The notes beneath the pieces are model-generated. The model was not told where the DNA came from and searched no databases. It saw nothing but the letters and a program-made list of their open reading frames with translations. 64,000 nucleotides of DNA from Strigamia acuminata (Eukaryota), in assembly GCA_949358305.1 (NCBI GenBank), contig OX442314.1, positions 22,258,001 through 22,322,000 of the forward strand, read 5' to 3'. Both the position numbers and the translations under genes were made by a program. This document shows, one piece after another, positions 1 through 12,700 of the stretch (position 1 is the stretch's first letter; the number at the start of each line of letters is the position of its first letter).

Positions 1-2
1 AG

Positions 3-2573
3 TTGTTGCACATCGACCTAATGGGGCCGATAAATCCATCAACGTATTCGGACGGGAGCTACACATTGACGATGGTTGACGATTTCAGCCGCAAGATTTT
101 CGTCCGAATCCTACAAACGAAGGCAGAAACTTCTCGCATATTACAGGAATTTATTCTTCAACAAGAGCGCCAAAAGGAACATAAATTGAAACGTGTTAGA
201 AGCGACAACGGCGGAGAATTTATAGCCAATACGCTGAATGTTTTCTTCAAGAAGAAGGGAATTAAACATGAATTAACCACGCCCCACGCGCCCCAGAGCA
301 ACGCCATAGCAGAAAGAGCCAACAGAACCATTATGGAGGCAACAAGGACATTGATTTTAGATTCGAAGCTGCCAAAACGTTTTTGGGGCGAGGCGCTGCA
401 TGTCGCAGTATTAGGAAGAAATTACTGCAAGTCGTCCTTCCACGGCAAATCTCCGGAACAAGTATGGACAGGAAGGACCCCGACAGTTAAGTATTTAAGA
501 AGATTTGGCTGTCAGGCACATGTTCTCAAAGCAAAAATTCACCAAACCAAGTTGGATTCAAAAACCACATTAGGGATTTTTGTGGGATATTCTCTCAAAC
601 GCAAGGCGTACCGAATATATATGCCTGAAGTGTACAAAATATTAGAAGCCAGAAATGTAAAATTTAATGAGGAAATCTTGGGATATAAATTATTATCACA
701 AGCTCAACTCGATGAAGATAAAGAAGACGAGGTAGACATTGATATTTCGCCCTCAAAACCTCAAGAGGACGATGTTCCACAGCCAGAAAGTGACCCCTCA
801 TCCGTATATTCGTCGGCGGAATCCGAGAGCGAAACGAGTTCGGAAGAAGAGCTCCCGCCCCCGCGGAAAGTGGGACGACCGAAAGGAACAACCAAGGACA
901 ACATCGCAGAACGCAAAAGGAAGTTATCCGAAGCCGAGAAGAACCAAGCAGCGGGTTTCGGTTTCAGACGTTCGAAGCGTACGCAGGAATCTCAACAAAA
1001 GAAGCCGAAAGCACACACAGCTTATCTGGCTTACCAAGCGCCCAAATCTTATAAAGAAGCCATGACATCTGCGCAAAGAACAAAGTGGCAGCGCGCGATG
1101 GATGAAGAAATGGCATCAATGAAAGAACACGAGGTTTGGGAAACTGTAGACTTACCAGAAGACGAGTGTACTGTCAAATCGAAATGGGTCTTTACAATTA
1201 AGACAAACAAGCAGAGAAACATTGAACGGTACAAAGCGCGATTAGTCGCTACAGGTTATTCACAGCGACCCGGCATTGACTTTGATGAAACATATTCACC
1301 GGTAATTCGGATAGAAACACTAAGAATGCTCATAAATATCGCAGCCAAATTGGGATTAACATTAGAGCAACACGACGTAAAAACTGCTTACTTGCACGGA
1401 CGGTTGGATAAAGTCATCTTTATGCTAGAGCCAGAAGGATACAAGAGTAAGAAAAAACGCAAAGTATGCAGGCTCTTGAAAAGCATCTACGGGCTCAAGC
1501 AGAGCGGTAGATGTTGGTTTGAGAAGATGGACGAAGAACTCAAGAAATTGGGTTTCCAACAATCGACGTGTGATCCGTGCTTGTATCTTGTCAGGCGAGG
1601 AAACGATTTCCTATTTTTGGGTATATATGTCGACGATACGGTGACATTGAGCAGCACACCAAAATTCAAGAAAGAATATTTATTGAGATTGACATTAGAA
1701 ATCGAATTGCTGGATTTAGGCGAGCTAGCGTTCATCTTAGGTTTAGAAATCGACCAAATGGAGGGAAAGATCCGTTTAAACCAAAACGGATATATCATAA
1801 AGATTCTAGAAAAGTATGGCATGGACGTTTGCAACCCATCCAAGACACCGATGGATGTTAGCCAGGATCTAAATGAGTACAGTGAAAGTCCGAAGGTTGA
1901 CCCAACCAGATATCAAGAAATGATTGGTTCACTCCTATACCTGGCGACTGGGTCACGCCCAGATTTGAGTTTCCCAGTCAGTTGTCTTGCGCAATACAGC
2001 AAAGACCCGCGTGAAATTCATTGGAATGCGGTCAAGAGGATTTTCCGTTACATTCAGGGAACCCAAACTCAGGGATTAATTTTCCGCAAAGAAGCCGGAG
2101 AATTACATTGTTTCGCGGATGCTTCTTGGGACGTAACAATGGATTCCAAATCCTACAGCGGGTACATCATCAAAGATGGGTCAGCTCTCCTCAATTGGAG
2201 GAGCAGCAAGCAAAGAACCGTCGCGATGTCAGCCACGGAAAGTGAGCTTAGCGCTCTGAGTGAAAGTTTGAGCGAGCTCATTTGGACCCGCGAACTCCTA
2301 GAAGAATTGGACCCAAAGCGGGAATTTGGACAGGAAGTCATTTACAATGACAATTCCGCTGCAGTGCAACTGCTGAAAGGCGCAGCGCAAAAATTGCGTA
2401 CAAAGTTATTAAACCGCAAATCTTTTTTTATTAGGGAAGAGATCAGAAGCCACAACTTCACGGTGAAGCACATCGCAGGAGAGAACATGCAGGCGGATCT
2501 ACTCACCAAGAAAATGTCAGGCCCGAAGATTGCGAAATGTTTAATGCAGCTTCAAGTCATTGGAGAAGATTGA
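3..2573 (+). mobile_element. Ty1/copia LTR retrotransposon pol (integrase-RT-RNase H), 5'-truncated by the window edge
   Basis: Uninterrupted 856-aa ORF with integrase motifs (HIDLMGP, RSDNGGEF, AERANRT), copia RT motifs (KARLVATG, DVKTAYLHG, LLKSIYGLKQSGR, YVDD) and RNase H motifs (SATESE, DN, ADLLTK). INT-RT-RH order is copia-type. Confidence 0.97.
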
Positions 2574-2615
2574 TTATTTTTTTTATTGTAAGAGTACACG
2601 CATTATGGAGGAGAA

Positions 2616-2838
2616 TGTTGAGTGTTATTGAGTTAATGCGTATACTCAGTATTGTCATGTTTAATTTTGATGCCGACAGAGGTCGCATATTGTAAGTGTA
2701 CGTCAAGATGACGTTTTTTCTGGATTCGACCTTACTAGGCCGTATTCAATGTCAGATGTAATTGACACGTTGCACCGAATAAATGCACATTGTTAAGTTT
2801 TCCTTTAAATCGTCTGGATTATTTAACACCAACCAACA
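2616..2838 (+). mobile_element. 3' LTR of the copia element (about 223 bp)
   Basis: Preceded by purine tract GGAGGAGAA (2607-2615). Starts TGTTG and ends CAACA (5-bp inverted termini). Internal AATAAA at 2778. Tandem array begins at the next base. Confidence 0.85.
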
Positions 2839-3539
2839 AAGGTCTGTGTGCACATTCTGGCCAATTTCCATGAATATTCTATGTAGGGGTCGTGATAAAA
2901 CCCCGTTTTTCTGTTTTTTGGACCAAAAACAGGTGAAAAAAATTCCAAACTTTTTCATTTTTGGATTCATGGGGGTTTTTAAAAGTGCAGATGACAGACA
3001 AGGTCTGTTTGCACATTCTGGCCAATTTCCATGAATATTCTATGTAGGGGTCGTGATAAAACCCGGTTTTTCTGTTTTTTGGACCAAAAACAGGTGAAAA
3101 AAATTCCAAACTTTTTCATTTTTGGATTCATGGGGGTTTTTAAAAGTGCAGATGACAGACAAGGTCTGTGTGCACATTCTGGCCAATTTCCATGAATATT
3201 CTATGTAGGGGTCGTGATAAAACTCCGTTTTTCTGTTTTTTGGACCAAAAACAGGTGAAAAAAATTCCAAACTTTTTCATTTTTGGATTCATGGGGGTTT
3301 TTAAAAGTGCAGATGACAGACAAGGTCTGTTTGCACATTCTGGCCAATTTCCATGAATATTCTATGTAGGGGTCGTGATAAAACCCGGTTTTTCTGTTTT
3401 TTGGACCAAAAACAGGTGAAAAAAATTCCAAACTTTTTCATTTTTGGATTCATGGGGGTTTTTAAAAGTGCAGATGACAGACAAGGTCTGTGTGCACATT
3501 CTGGCCAATTTCCATGAATATTCTATGTAGGGGTCGTGA
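2839..3539. repeat. 161-bp tandem repeat array, about 4.3 copies
   Basis: Units start AAGGTCTG at 2839, 3000, 3161, 3322 and 3483 and are nearly identical. Confidence 0.97.
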
Positions 3540-3780
3540 GAAATAGATGTGTCTGTCAAATTTTCATGCAAGCTGCGCAGGGTAGCCGAATAGCCAAAGC
3601 AACCCAACATGGATTAAAAGAGTCAAAATATGGAAGTGGGTCACAGAACAAGAAGTAGGTCACATTCCAAAGATTAAATTCCAATAAATACGTTATTGCA
3701 TTGTTACTGGATTAAAGCAGAGATAATCTGAAGTGAACTCATTTCACATTCTGAACACATTCTGATCACAACTGATCAGG

Positions 3781-5337
3781 ATGCAGTCACAAAACGGCGG
3801 CTGGGACGGCAACTCGAACGGCGATTGGGACGGCAACTCGAACGGCGGCTGGGACGGCAACTGGAGCGGCAACGGCGGCCAAGGCAACGGCGGCTGGAAC
3901 GGCAACGGCTGGAACGGCAACGGCGGCCGCGGCAACGGCTGGAACGGCAACGGCGGCCGCGGCAACGGCTGGAACGGCAACGGCTGGAACGGCAACGGCG
4001 GCCGCGGCAACGGCTGGAACGGCAACGGCGGCCGCGGCAACGGCGGCTGGAACGACAACGGCGGCCGCGGCAACGGCGGCTGGACATGGGCTATCGAACG
4101 AGATATTGAACGGGATATTGAACAGGCTGTCGCACGGGCTCTCGCACCGATCGCCGCATCTGCAATCGCAATCTCACCTGCAGACTATTTAAAAGAGTTG
4201 GAAAAATTGAATTCCGACGTATCTTTTATAGATACTCACTGCCATTTGGATATTTTATTCAAACAAACATGCTTTAGAAAGGTAACAAAAATCTCTTCAA
4301 AAATTTACGATAGGGTTTTAATTATTTTATTTCCGTTTCAGATTTCACATTCAGCGTATCAGAAACTTCATCAAAGTAGTTATCCGTCATGTTACGAAGG
4401 TTGTGTGGCTGTATTTAGCGACCCTAAAACGTTTAAAGAGGTAAATTGACCATGAAATTTCTTTAGGACTAAATTATTTAATTTTTAATTCATTTAGGAC
4501 ACGTGGAAGGAAATACTCGAAGAAGATAAGGTTTGGGCAGCATTTGGTTGTCATCCCCATAACGCTAATTCGTACAGCTATAAGATTGAGAATGACATGA
4601 AAATTGCATTAAAACATGAAAAGGTTGTCGCGTTAGGTGAGATTGGATTGGATTATTCAAGCAGGTAAAAATTTATATTTCTAAAAACTAAGCATACGTG
4701 ATTTTTATTCAATTTTTTTTTCTAGAAATTATTCAAACCGTCAAACACAAAAAAAGGTTTTCCGCAGACAACTGAAATTAGCAAAACAGTTGAATTTACC
4801 CGTTGTAATCCATTCACGAGATGCTGCCAAAGACACGTTAAAAATCATGAAACAGGTATATTGATGGTTTAAAATTTTTATGATGTCTTTCAAACTTCTA
4901 ATGCCATTTTTATTCCTAGATTTTACCACGGGATTTCAAGATTCACAGACATTGCTTTACTACAGATTGGACCGAAGCACAAATATGGCTAAAAGAGTTT
5001 ACTAATTTATATTTAGGCCTCACCAATTTAGTTACGTTTGAAGACGCCGTAGAACTTCATGAGGTGGCAAGGAAAATTCCACTCGAGAAGTTACTACTCG
5101 AAACCGATGCTCCGTATTTTGTACCCAGATTGGTAAGTTTAGATTTCATTTATTGTTTGACTTGTAATTAATACGGAGAAATATTTTTACTTTTTTTAGG
5201 AAAGCAAAGGTAATAGACGATCACATCCAGGGATGGCTATTCACGTAGCGTTACAAGTGGCTTCGTTACGTTCTGAGCCGTTAGAAACAATTCTGAAATC
5301 AACCAGAGAGAACACTAAAAATATGTACGGCATTTAG
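3781..5337 (+). CDS. TatD-family nuclease (TATDN2-like), 6 exons, with Gly/Asn/Trp low-complexity N-terminus
   Basis: Spliced motifs FIDTHCHLD, AAFGCHPH, VALGEIGLDY, PVVIHSRDA, IHRHCFT, LLLETDAPYF. GT-AG introns; stop TAG at 5335-5337. Confidence 0.93.
3793..4083 (+). repeat. Coding GC-rich short-unit repeat encoding NGW/NGGRG units
   Basis: Repeated GGCAACGGC / TGGAAC / GGCCGC units, in frame with the TatD domain. Confidence 0.9.
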
Positions 5338-6198
5338 ATAACAACTTTTGTTGTAATTAAACGTTTTATCTTACAGTGAAGTAATGAATCATTATGACAA
5401 TGACTTTTTTGTTTCAAAATTAATAATTGTAACTTAAGTAATAGAAGAAATAAAATGAAATAAAAAAAAAAGACCTAGTCTTTGTTAATTGTTACTCTCT
5501 TTAGTCTTTTTGCACAAATAAAGTGTCATTTCAAGATAGTAAAGTACGAATTACTGAATCTAAAGCGCCGCCTTGGCGCTTTACTGCAACGCACCAGGCA
5601 AAGTTGATAAACCCCGTCATGGAAACGTTCAAAAATACGAGTCAGCAACGTTATAGTGTAATTTTATCAAATTTTCATTTTCATTTAAATACAAATAAAT
5701 AAGTTTACCTGATATTTTACAAATTTCACTAAAATTTTACAAATTCCACTGGAAATTAAAATTCGCTCTGCAATTCCTCGACGAATTTGTAGGATTAGCG
5801 GTGATTTAAAGTTGTTTTTGCTTGTTTTGAGAAGTATGCACAAAAAAGTGCGTGACACCTTCGAACTTCGGCAGGAAAGCCGCCTTTGCCTCAGAATGAA
5901 TACAAAATTTTATTTTTGGAAATTTTTTTTATATTTTTTTTATTTTTTTTATTTTATTTTATTTTATTTTATTTTATTTCTTATTTTAAACCACCTTTAA
6001 ATAATAAATAATAGACCTAAGCAATCCAATTCCTTCCAAATCTACCATTGCGCCGCCTTTTAGTGTTATCGCTTATCGATCGACTAAGTCTGGTCTCCCT
6101 GCGAATCTGGTGCTGGCGAATCTGGTGCCAACTATACGTTAGTGAAACATGGTGGTTGTGATAAATGCCGGTTTCTTCTAGCTGTTTCTGCATAAAAT

Positions 6199-8049
6199 AT
6201 GAGCTATTCCATCAAGGTAAAATTGAAAAAAACATCTCCCACCGCCTCATACTTCACTCCATTTATTATTTTGATTTCAGAGCAGAGGCAAGACCGGGAT
6301 TTTATTCACCAATTGGTCCAACACGTTTTTCTGTCGCCCCGAACTCTTTTTCGTGCCAGAAAATGTTCATCATTTGAAGGAAATAATAAGACTCGCACAT
6401 TTAGAGAATAAAAAAATCCGTGTGGTTGGCTGCGGACACTCCCCATCCGACATCGCATGCAGCAAAGACTACCTGATCAGTCTGCGTCAATTCGACAGGA
6501 TTTTGCATGTCGATGCAGACCGACGCCAAGTCAAAGTGGAAGGCGGAGTGACGATAGTAGAACTCATCTCATACTTACAAAAACATGGTCTTGCACTTAG
6601 AATGTACGGCCAAAAATATTCATTAATGTAACTCATTACGTAATGCCGTTTATAATTTTTTTCAGAGCTGGTTCGGTGTCTACTCTTACCTTAGCCGGTG
6701 CTATTTCTACCGCAACACATGGCTCTGGTGTTAATTTTGGGAATTTATCAACTTTAGTAAATGAAATTTAATATTTTGTAGGTTTTGTGTGCATGTAATT
6801 TTTGATATCGTTGTTTTTTAGGTTGTTAGTATGGAGATCTTGACATCTGCAGGTGAAATCATCGAAGTCTCTAGGGAAAATGACTTGGAATTATTCCAAG
6901 CAGCTTGTTGTAGTTTAGGAGCTCTGGGTATTATTATCACGATTACGTATCAATGCGAGAAAGCATACTCATTGGAATTGAATCAATATCCATGCCCGTT
7001 ACATATGGTATATTATTGAATAATTTTTTTTATAATTATTTTGAAATTAATTAATTAATTTGTAGGTACTTGAAAACTTAGAAGTGCATTTAAAGTCGTC
7101 GGAACATTTCAGATTCTTGTGGTTTCCACATACAACAGGAACGGTTGTTTCGCATATTAACAGAACTACCAAAGTATTGAATTATTTGTCTTTACATGGT
7201 TATTGAAATTAATTAATTTTTGTTTAGAAAATTATTCAGCCTAGTCGTTTATCCAAATGGCATTCGTGGTTTTGGGAGTATTTGGTTGGTTATTATGTAT
7301 TAGAGTTTTCCTATTACATCAGGTTGAATTTCAAGTGTTTACCAATGTTTAGCTGTTAATTAATAACAACTTTGTCGTTTTAGCACATTAATTCCATCAA
7401 CAGTTCCATTCATCAATCGATTATTTTACAATTTACTTTACTCCAAACCGAGACAAAGAGTGGATCAAAGTCAAAATATATTCAATTTTGAATGTCGTTT
7501 CAAACAATACGTCAATGAATGGTCGATTCCCATGTAAGTACAATTAAAAATAACCAAAATTTTGTTTTCATAATTTGTTTTTAATTAATTCGTATCAGTG
7601 ACAAAACTGCTACCGTTCTGATCGAACTTGAAAATTGGTTTTCTCAAAACACCGACGTTCGGGCTCATTTCCCCATCGAAGTCCGGTTCGTCAAAAGCGA
7701 TGACTTACTCATCAGTCCGTCTCACGGACGAGACTCCTGCTATATCAACATCATTATGTACAGGTGATTAATTAGTTAATTAATTACTAATTTGATGAAA
7801 ACAAATTGATTATGCATTTTAATATTCTCTAGGCCTTATGGAAAATTAGTCGGATACACCAAATATTGGAACGCCTACGAAGATATCATGACCCAAAATG
7901 GCGGCCGACCTCATTGGGCCAAAGCGCATAAAGTGGGCCCCCTTCAACTGAAGGAAATGTATCCAATGTTTGCTAAATTTTGTCAAATTCGTAAGAAATT
8001 AGACCCAACCGATACATTCGTTAATTCGTACATGGAGAGAATTCTCTAA
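6199..8049 (+). CDS. GULO: L-gulonolactone oxidase (multi-exon)
   Basis: Spliced protein MSYSIK|SRGKTGILFTNWS..., FAD-attachment motif VGCGHSPSDIAC, ATHGSG, HFPIEVRF, CYINIIMYRPY and C-terminal GGRPHWAK. Stop TAA at 8047-8049. Confidence 0.93.
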
Positions 8050-8770
8050 AATGAAATACTCAGTCAATTAGCGAACATTAGCGAACACTTTTTATTAATT
8101 TTTTTTATTTATTGCGAATTGTCTTTTTGTATTGGTATTAAATGTGAAATAAAAGTGTAGAAAAGCACAAAAAGCATGTAAGACCAAGTCCATATCCGGG
8201 ATGTGATCTTCCCTCATTTATTTATTTATTTTGGAACATCTGGTGGTGATTCTAACATCTCAGTTGAAATAAAAGGAGTCGATTGAAGCTGCAGCTTAGT
8301 TTAATGTGATTCGAATTACAAAACCATTCTTAAGGAATCGTTTTAACTCATTACACAATTATCCCATCACGCTTGCAAATGAGTACTGACCCCCGTCTGT
8401 CTTCAACGAGTTTCTTCGTCTTGGAAATTCCTGGGAGAATATTTTCACTCATCTCGGTGACAAATATGTAAGTAGATTTTATTTTCTTTCTAAAAATAGC
8501 CGCGAATTAACGCGGTAATTGTTTAAAAAGAATGTGTTGACGTAATGTGTGAAAATGGTTAATCAAGATTCTTGAATAACATTTTACTATTTCCCAAGAA
8601 CCAAACCTACACTATTCCCCAGGAAATTCGCATGTTTTGATTTTATTTCCTGGAATAATAGCTCTTTAGGAAGTCAGTACCCACATGTTGGAAAATAAAT
8701 TTGGTACTAACCGGATTTGGTGAACAAATTTCTTCAATTGTGGAATACAAGTCTAACAAAAGATGCGCCC

Positions 8771-8784
8771 GTTTCCATGGAAAC
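8771..8784. promoter_or_regulatory. X-box (RFX site) candidate
   Basis: Perfect palindrome GTTTCCATGGAAAC in the 5' region of the adhesion GPCR. Confidence 0.55.
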
Positions 8785-9552
8785 TGCAAATGTACTCGTT
8801 GTGCTTAATTCTTCTTTTTGTAAATTTATCGACGGCTAAAGGTTAGTCTAGTTATTTTTGTATTTTTCTTGAGTGATACGATTTGCTTGTTATTGTCAGA
8901 GAAAAATTGCCGAAATGATCAACAAGAAGACGTCAGTCAAAGATTATGTTATAAAACGTTTAGGTAATAACACTATTAAACATTCATTTAAAGTGCTCTT
9001 AATATGGCTGAATTAAAAAACATCACCAGGAAATACGGACATTTCTCGCTATTTATTGCTCACAATTATTATTAGAATTTTAAATTATTAAACCGTTATG
9101 TAATGCTCAATTAATTTATTTTTTGAAATTAAATTTTAATTTCATAAAGGTTGATCAGCATTACAAGGTTTTAAAGTGTTGAAAAACCAGTCAAAGAAAT
9201 CGACCTTGTTTTAATTCTCTAAATTTGGCCAATGTTATGGAATAGCTTCCCCGCAATGGTTAACCCGGATGATAAATTCCTTTCTCGAAACCCGCTTTTC
9301 CCTTCACAAAACAAATATAAACAAAGTTGACCAAACATTAAATGTACGGATACCAGTGCTTCTCAAACTATGTAATTTAGTGGACGAGTATTTTTTGTAC
9401 GTGTGTGTTACGGACTGGTATTGTGTTCAGTTTCGGTGAATTTTGATGGAACTAGGAGTAGGGACTACCAAGCTCATGTAATCTTTGTGTTGCTCGCGGA
9501 CCACCACTTTGAGAAGCGCTTACGTACAAGTATATCATTTGCATTTCCTGTC

Positions 9553-9652
9553 TGTGATGTTGTAGTTTCTTCTTATTCCTTCTGTGATGTCTTAGTTCCT
9601 TCTTATTCTTTCCGTGACGTCTTAGTTCCTTCTTATTCCTTCTGTGATGTTT
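9553..9652. repeat. 30-bp minisatellite, about 3.3 copies
   Basis: CTGTGATGTCTTAGTTCCTTCTTATTCCTT-like units. Confidence 0.85.
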
Positions 9653-9728
9653 ATTTAAAGATGGCCGTTGACAATATTTATAGAACATTTATTTTACAAC
9701 TTTGAATTTAAATATATAATAATGACAG

Positions 9729-12700
9729 GCAGGAAGTAACATGGCACGAAGCCTGGGAGACATGTACCAAAGAGCATTCATTCTTACTGCAATTTCAAAT
9801 CGACCGTGCCACTTACAACATAGGTTCAATAAGCGAAGGTAATTCAAGTTTTTTATAGCTTATTTTCCTATACTTAATGTACTTTTGTTGGTTAGGAAAA
9901 GAAGTGCAGTTCATATGGATTGGTCTGAAAAGAATAAGTAATTATTTCCAATGGGTTGGAGTCAAACCTCAGCTTTTTCGCTCCGTGTAATTATGTTCGA
10001 ATTACTTGTTTGATATAAAATGCTAAAGTAGTATTGCTTCAATGTTAATAGAAATAATCAATGGGGTTTACATTGGAAGGAGTCCACAGAACCCGATGTA
10101 TGGGACGGTTGTGGAGCAGTGAATGTGCTCACCGGTGAACTACATTCAAAGTCTTGTGGAAGTAAAAAACTGCCATTTGTGTGTGTGAAACCGTTTAACG
10201 ACATCAGTCCTCTCGGTAGTAAGTATTGTTGTGGAAATAATATGTTTATTACTGAAATTTCTCAAATATTTTTTCCTTCAGCTGACGAGGACGAAATTGA
10301 CATTCGCATTGTACCGATTCACGACAAAAACGAAAACCTGCCGTTGCCTGAAAATAATATATTGTGGGTAAACAAAGAAGACCGTGATAGTATTATTTTA
10401 GATTGTCAGGTAACTGTAATCATCACACAAAGTGGAAATACTGTACAGTAGAGCCTTGATTATCCGAACTAATTGGGAACAACCGACCAAAAATGGATAA
10501 AAATCGTCAAAAAACATTAAAAACCGATTAAAAATATGTGAAAATTGTCAAAAAAAAACGTGAAAATCGTCAAAAAACATTAAAAACCAATTAAAAATAT
10601 GTGAAAATTGTCAAAAAAAACGTGAAAATCGTCAAAAAACATTAAAAATCGATTAAAAATCCGATAAAAATCGGTAAAAAATCTATACAAAATCGCTTTA
10701 CTGCTGTTCGGATACCCGATCGTTCCTATAACCGGTGTACCGATAATCGAGGCTCAACTACAAGTAACTGTAACTGGAAACAAAAAAATTGGGCAGCAAT
10801 TGCATAATTTAACTTTCCTGCGACACAATCTTTTAAAATTGTCGTTTCTTTAATTTCTCAATTCTGATAAGTTAAGTTTTATTACTTTCAGTTTTTTTGC
10901 ATCAAAAAAAGTTATTCATAAGTATTATTTACATAAAATTGCTTTATCTAGGTAAGAATCAATGGAGAACTAATAAACGCCCAAAGTCTGGACTCGAAAA
11001 TCAAAGTAGTTTGGTCGAAAAATGGGATTTACAGACAACTACCTATTAACCCATCTATTTACCCGAATTATTGGCTAAATCCTACTCCCTGGGTAGCAAA
11101 TATTGGCCGAATTAAAGACTTTCTGGGAACATATAGGTGCGAGGCGTCCATTCCGTCTCAAACTCGTCGTCACCACTCAAACGAAATTAATCTCTTCATC
11201 AAAGGTAAATATAAACACTATTTGTAGAATAAAAAATGTATTCTTAATTTTACAATTATTTATATCTTAGGAACTCAAGTGTTCAAATACGACATCCGCA
11301 CGGAGTTGACCGCTAAACTTAAAATGAACTGTTTGGAGCCAACTGCTTCGAAAATATATAGCAAGTGGAATGCAATCATTGCGAACATAACAACGTATAT
11401 TTTGCCTATCAACAAACCGGAAGTCATTGGTGCTACTAAAATTGAATGGATGCTTCATTACATGAAGTAAAAAAATGCGTAACTTTAAGTAAAATCAATT
11501 ATTATTATTATTTATTTCCGATAGACCTCAAGATGAATTTAGACATTCAAATGGTACTTTGACCAGAAATATTCTGTTTTCTGTGTTTGTTACTGTTGAA
11601 ACTCAATCAAAAGACGACGAAGAAATACATCAAAAGTTATTTGATTTTAAGCGGAGCTTTAAGGAATACACTGTGGATATTAATATTATAGGTAAGAAAA
11701 TAGTTGACAAAAAAAATTGTTCTAATTTATATTTTATTTACTCAGGAAAGTGCGATTCCACATTAGACTTTAGTAACGACACATATTACCGTTGGTCAAT
11801 GAAACTTGGACAAAATCGTGGATTTTCAGACCCAATCTGTGTCTCGAGTGAACCAGAATATAAAATGATCAGTCGTCAATGCAAAACGTCATACGAAGGC
11901 CCTAGCCGCTGGGAAGACTTTAATTACACTCAATGTACATCAAAAATCACCCATTTGATGGAAGGTATACATTACAGTAAATTAAGTGTAATATTTTAAC
12001 AAAGTATAAATATTTTTAAAAATTACAATAGATCAGTTTTGTCCAGAAGGACACAAAATGGGAAATGACGACTTCTGTGTTGTCAATGGATCCACCGATA
12101 GCACTTGGCAAGATGCAAGAGACGAGTGCATTAGAAAAGGCAGTCATTTACCCCATAATGCTTATGACATATTTGCTACTGATCAAATCCCAGGTATGAA
12201 GCCTATACTGAATATACAGAAAACAAAATTCTCTATTTATGATCATTTTGTTACAACTTGTTGAATAAATCACACACTACCTAATCTAAATTCTATTCTA
12301 TTGTCCAGCCTCTTCGTGGTCTGTTGCAAGGTTAAACGGACGAAAAGTGTACCCAGGACCACCACAGTATAATATTTTTTAAATAATAGGGAGAATCAGA
12401 AAAATAAGTCAAGACTTAACTGCAATACATGGCACTCGTATGTAAATACACGCGCGAAATTCAAACATGGTGCATTTTAATTATTGAGTGTGTCAAAAAT
12501 ACATGCACGTAATACAGTTAAGCACTTCTTCCCATTTTTGATTCTCTGCTGTACTATCATTAAGAAAATGACAAAAATAACTTTTAATATTTTGATTAGA
12601 AATTTTACTGGTCAAAACTGGACAGAGTGTGTCATATTAAACCGGTTCAGCAAGCCCATTTGGCTCGGTGCTGTGTGCGCTGAAAAACAACCTTTCTTTT

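Noticed and set aside
2752..3610. Repeated 60-83 aa ORFs and a CRISPR-like periodicity
   Set aside because: These are translations of the 161-bp tandem repeat. There are no unique spacers or cas genes, and the context is eukaryotic.
3744..4109. Arg-rich, Cys/Arg-rich and Pro-rich ORFs in other frames
   Set aside because: Shadow frames of the GC-rich repeat. Only the G/N/W frame continues into the TatD domain.
5562..5582. GC-rich hairpin AAAGCGCC-GCCTT-GGCGCTTT as a terminator or Helitron end
   Set aside because: No CTRR terminus at the expected distance and no other support.
9403..9705. 100-aa ORF
   Set aside because: Mostly reads through a 30-bp minisatellite. Its 5' part could be an aGPCR exon but this could not be established.
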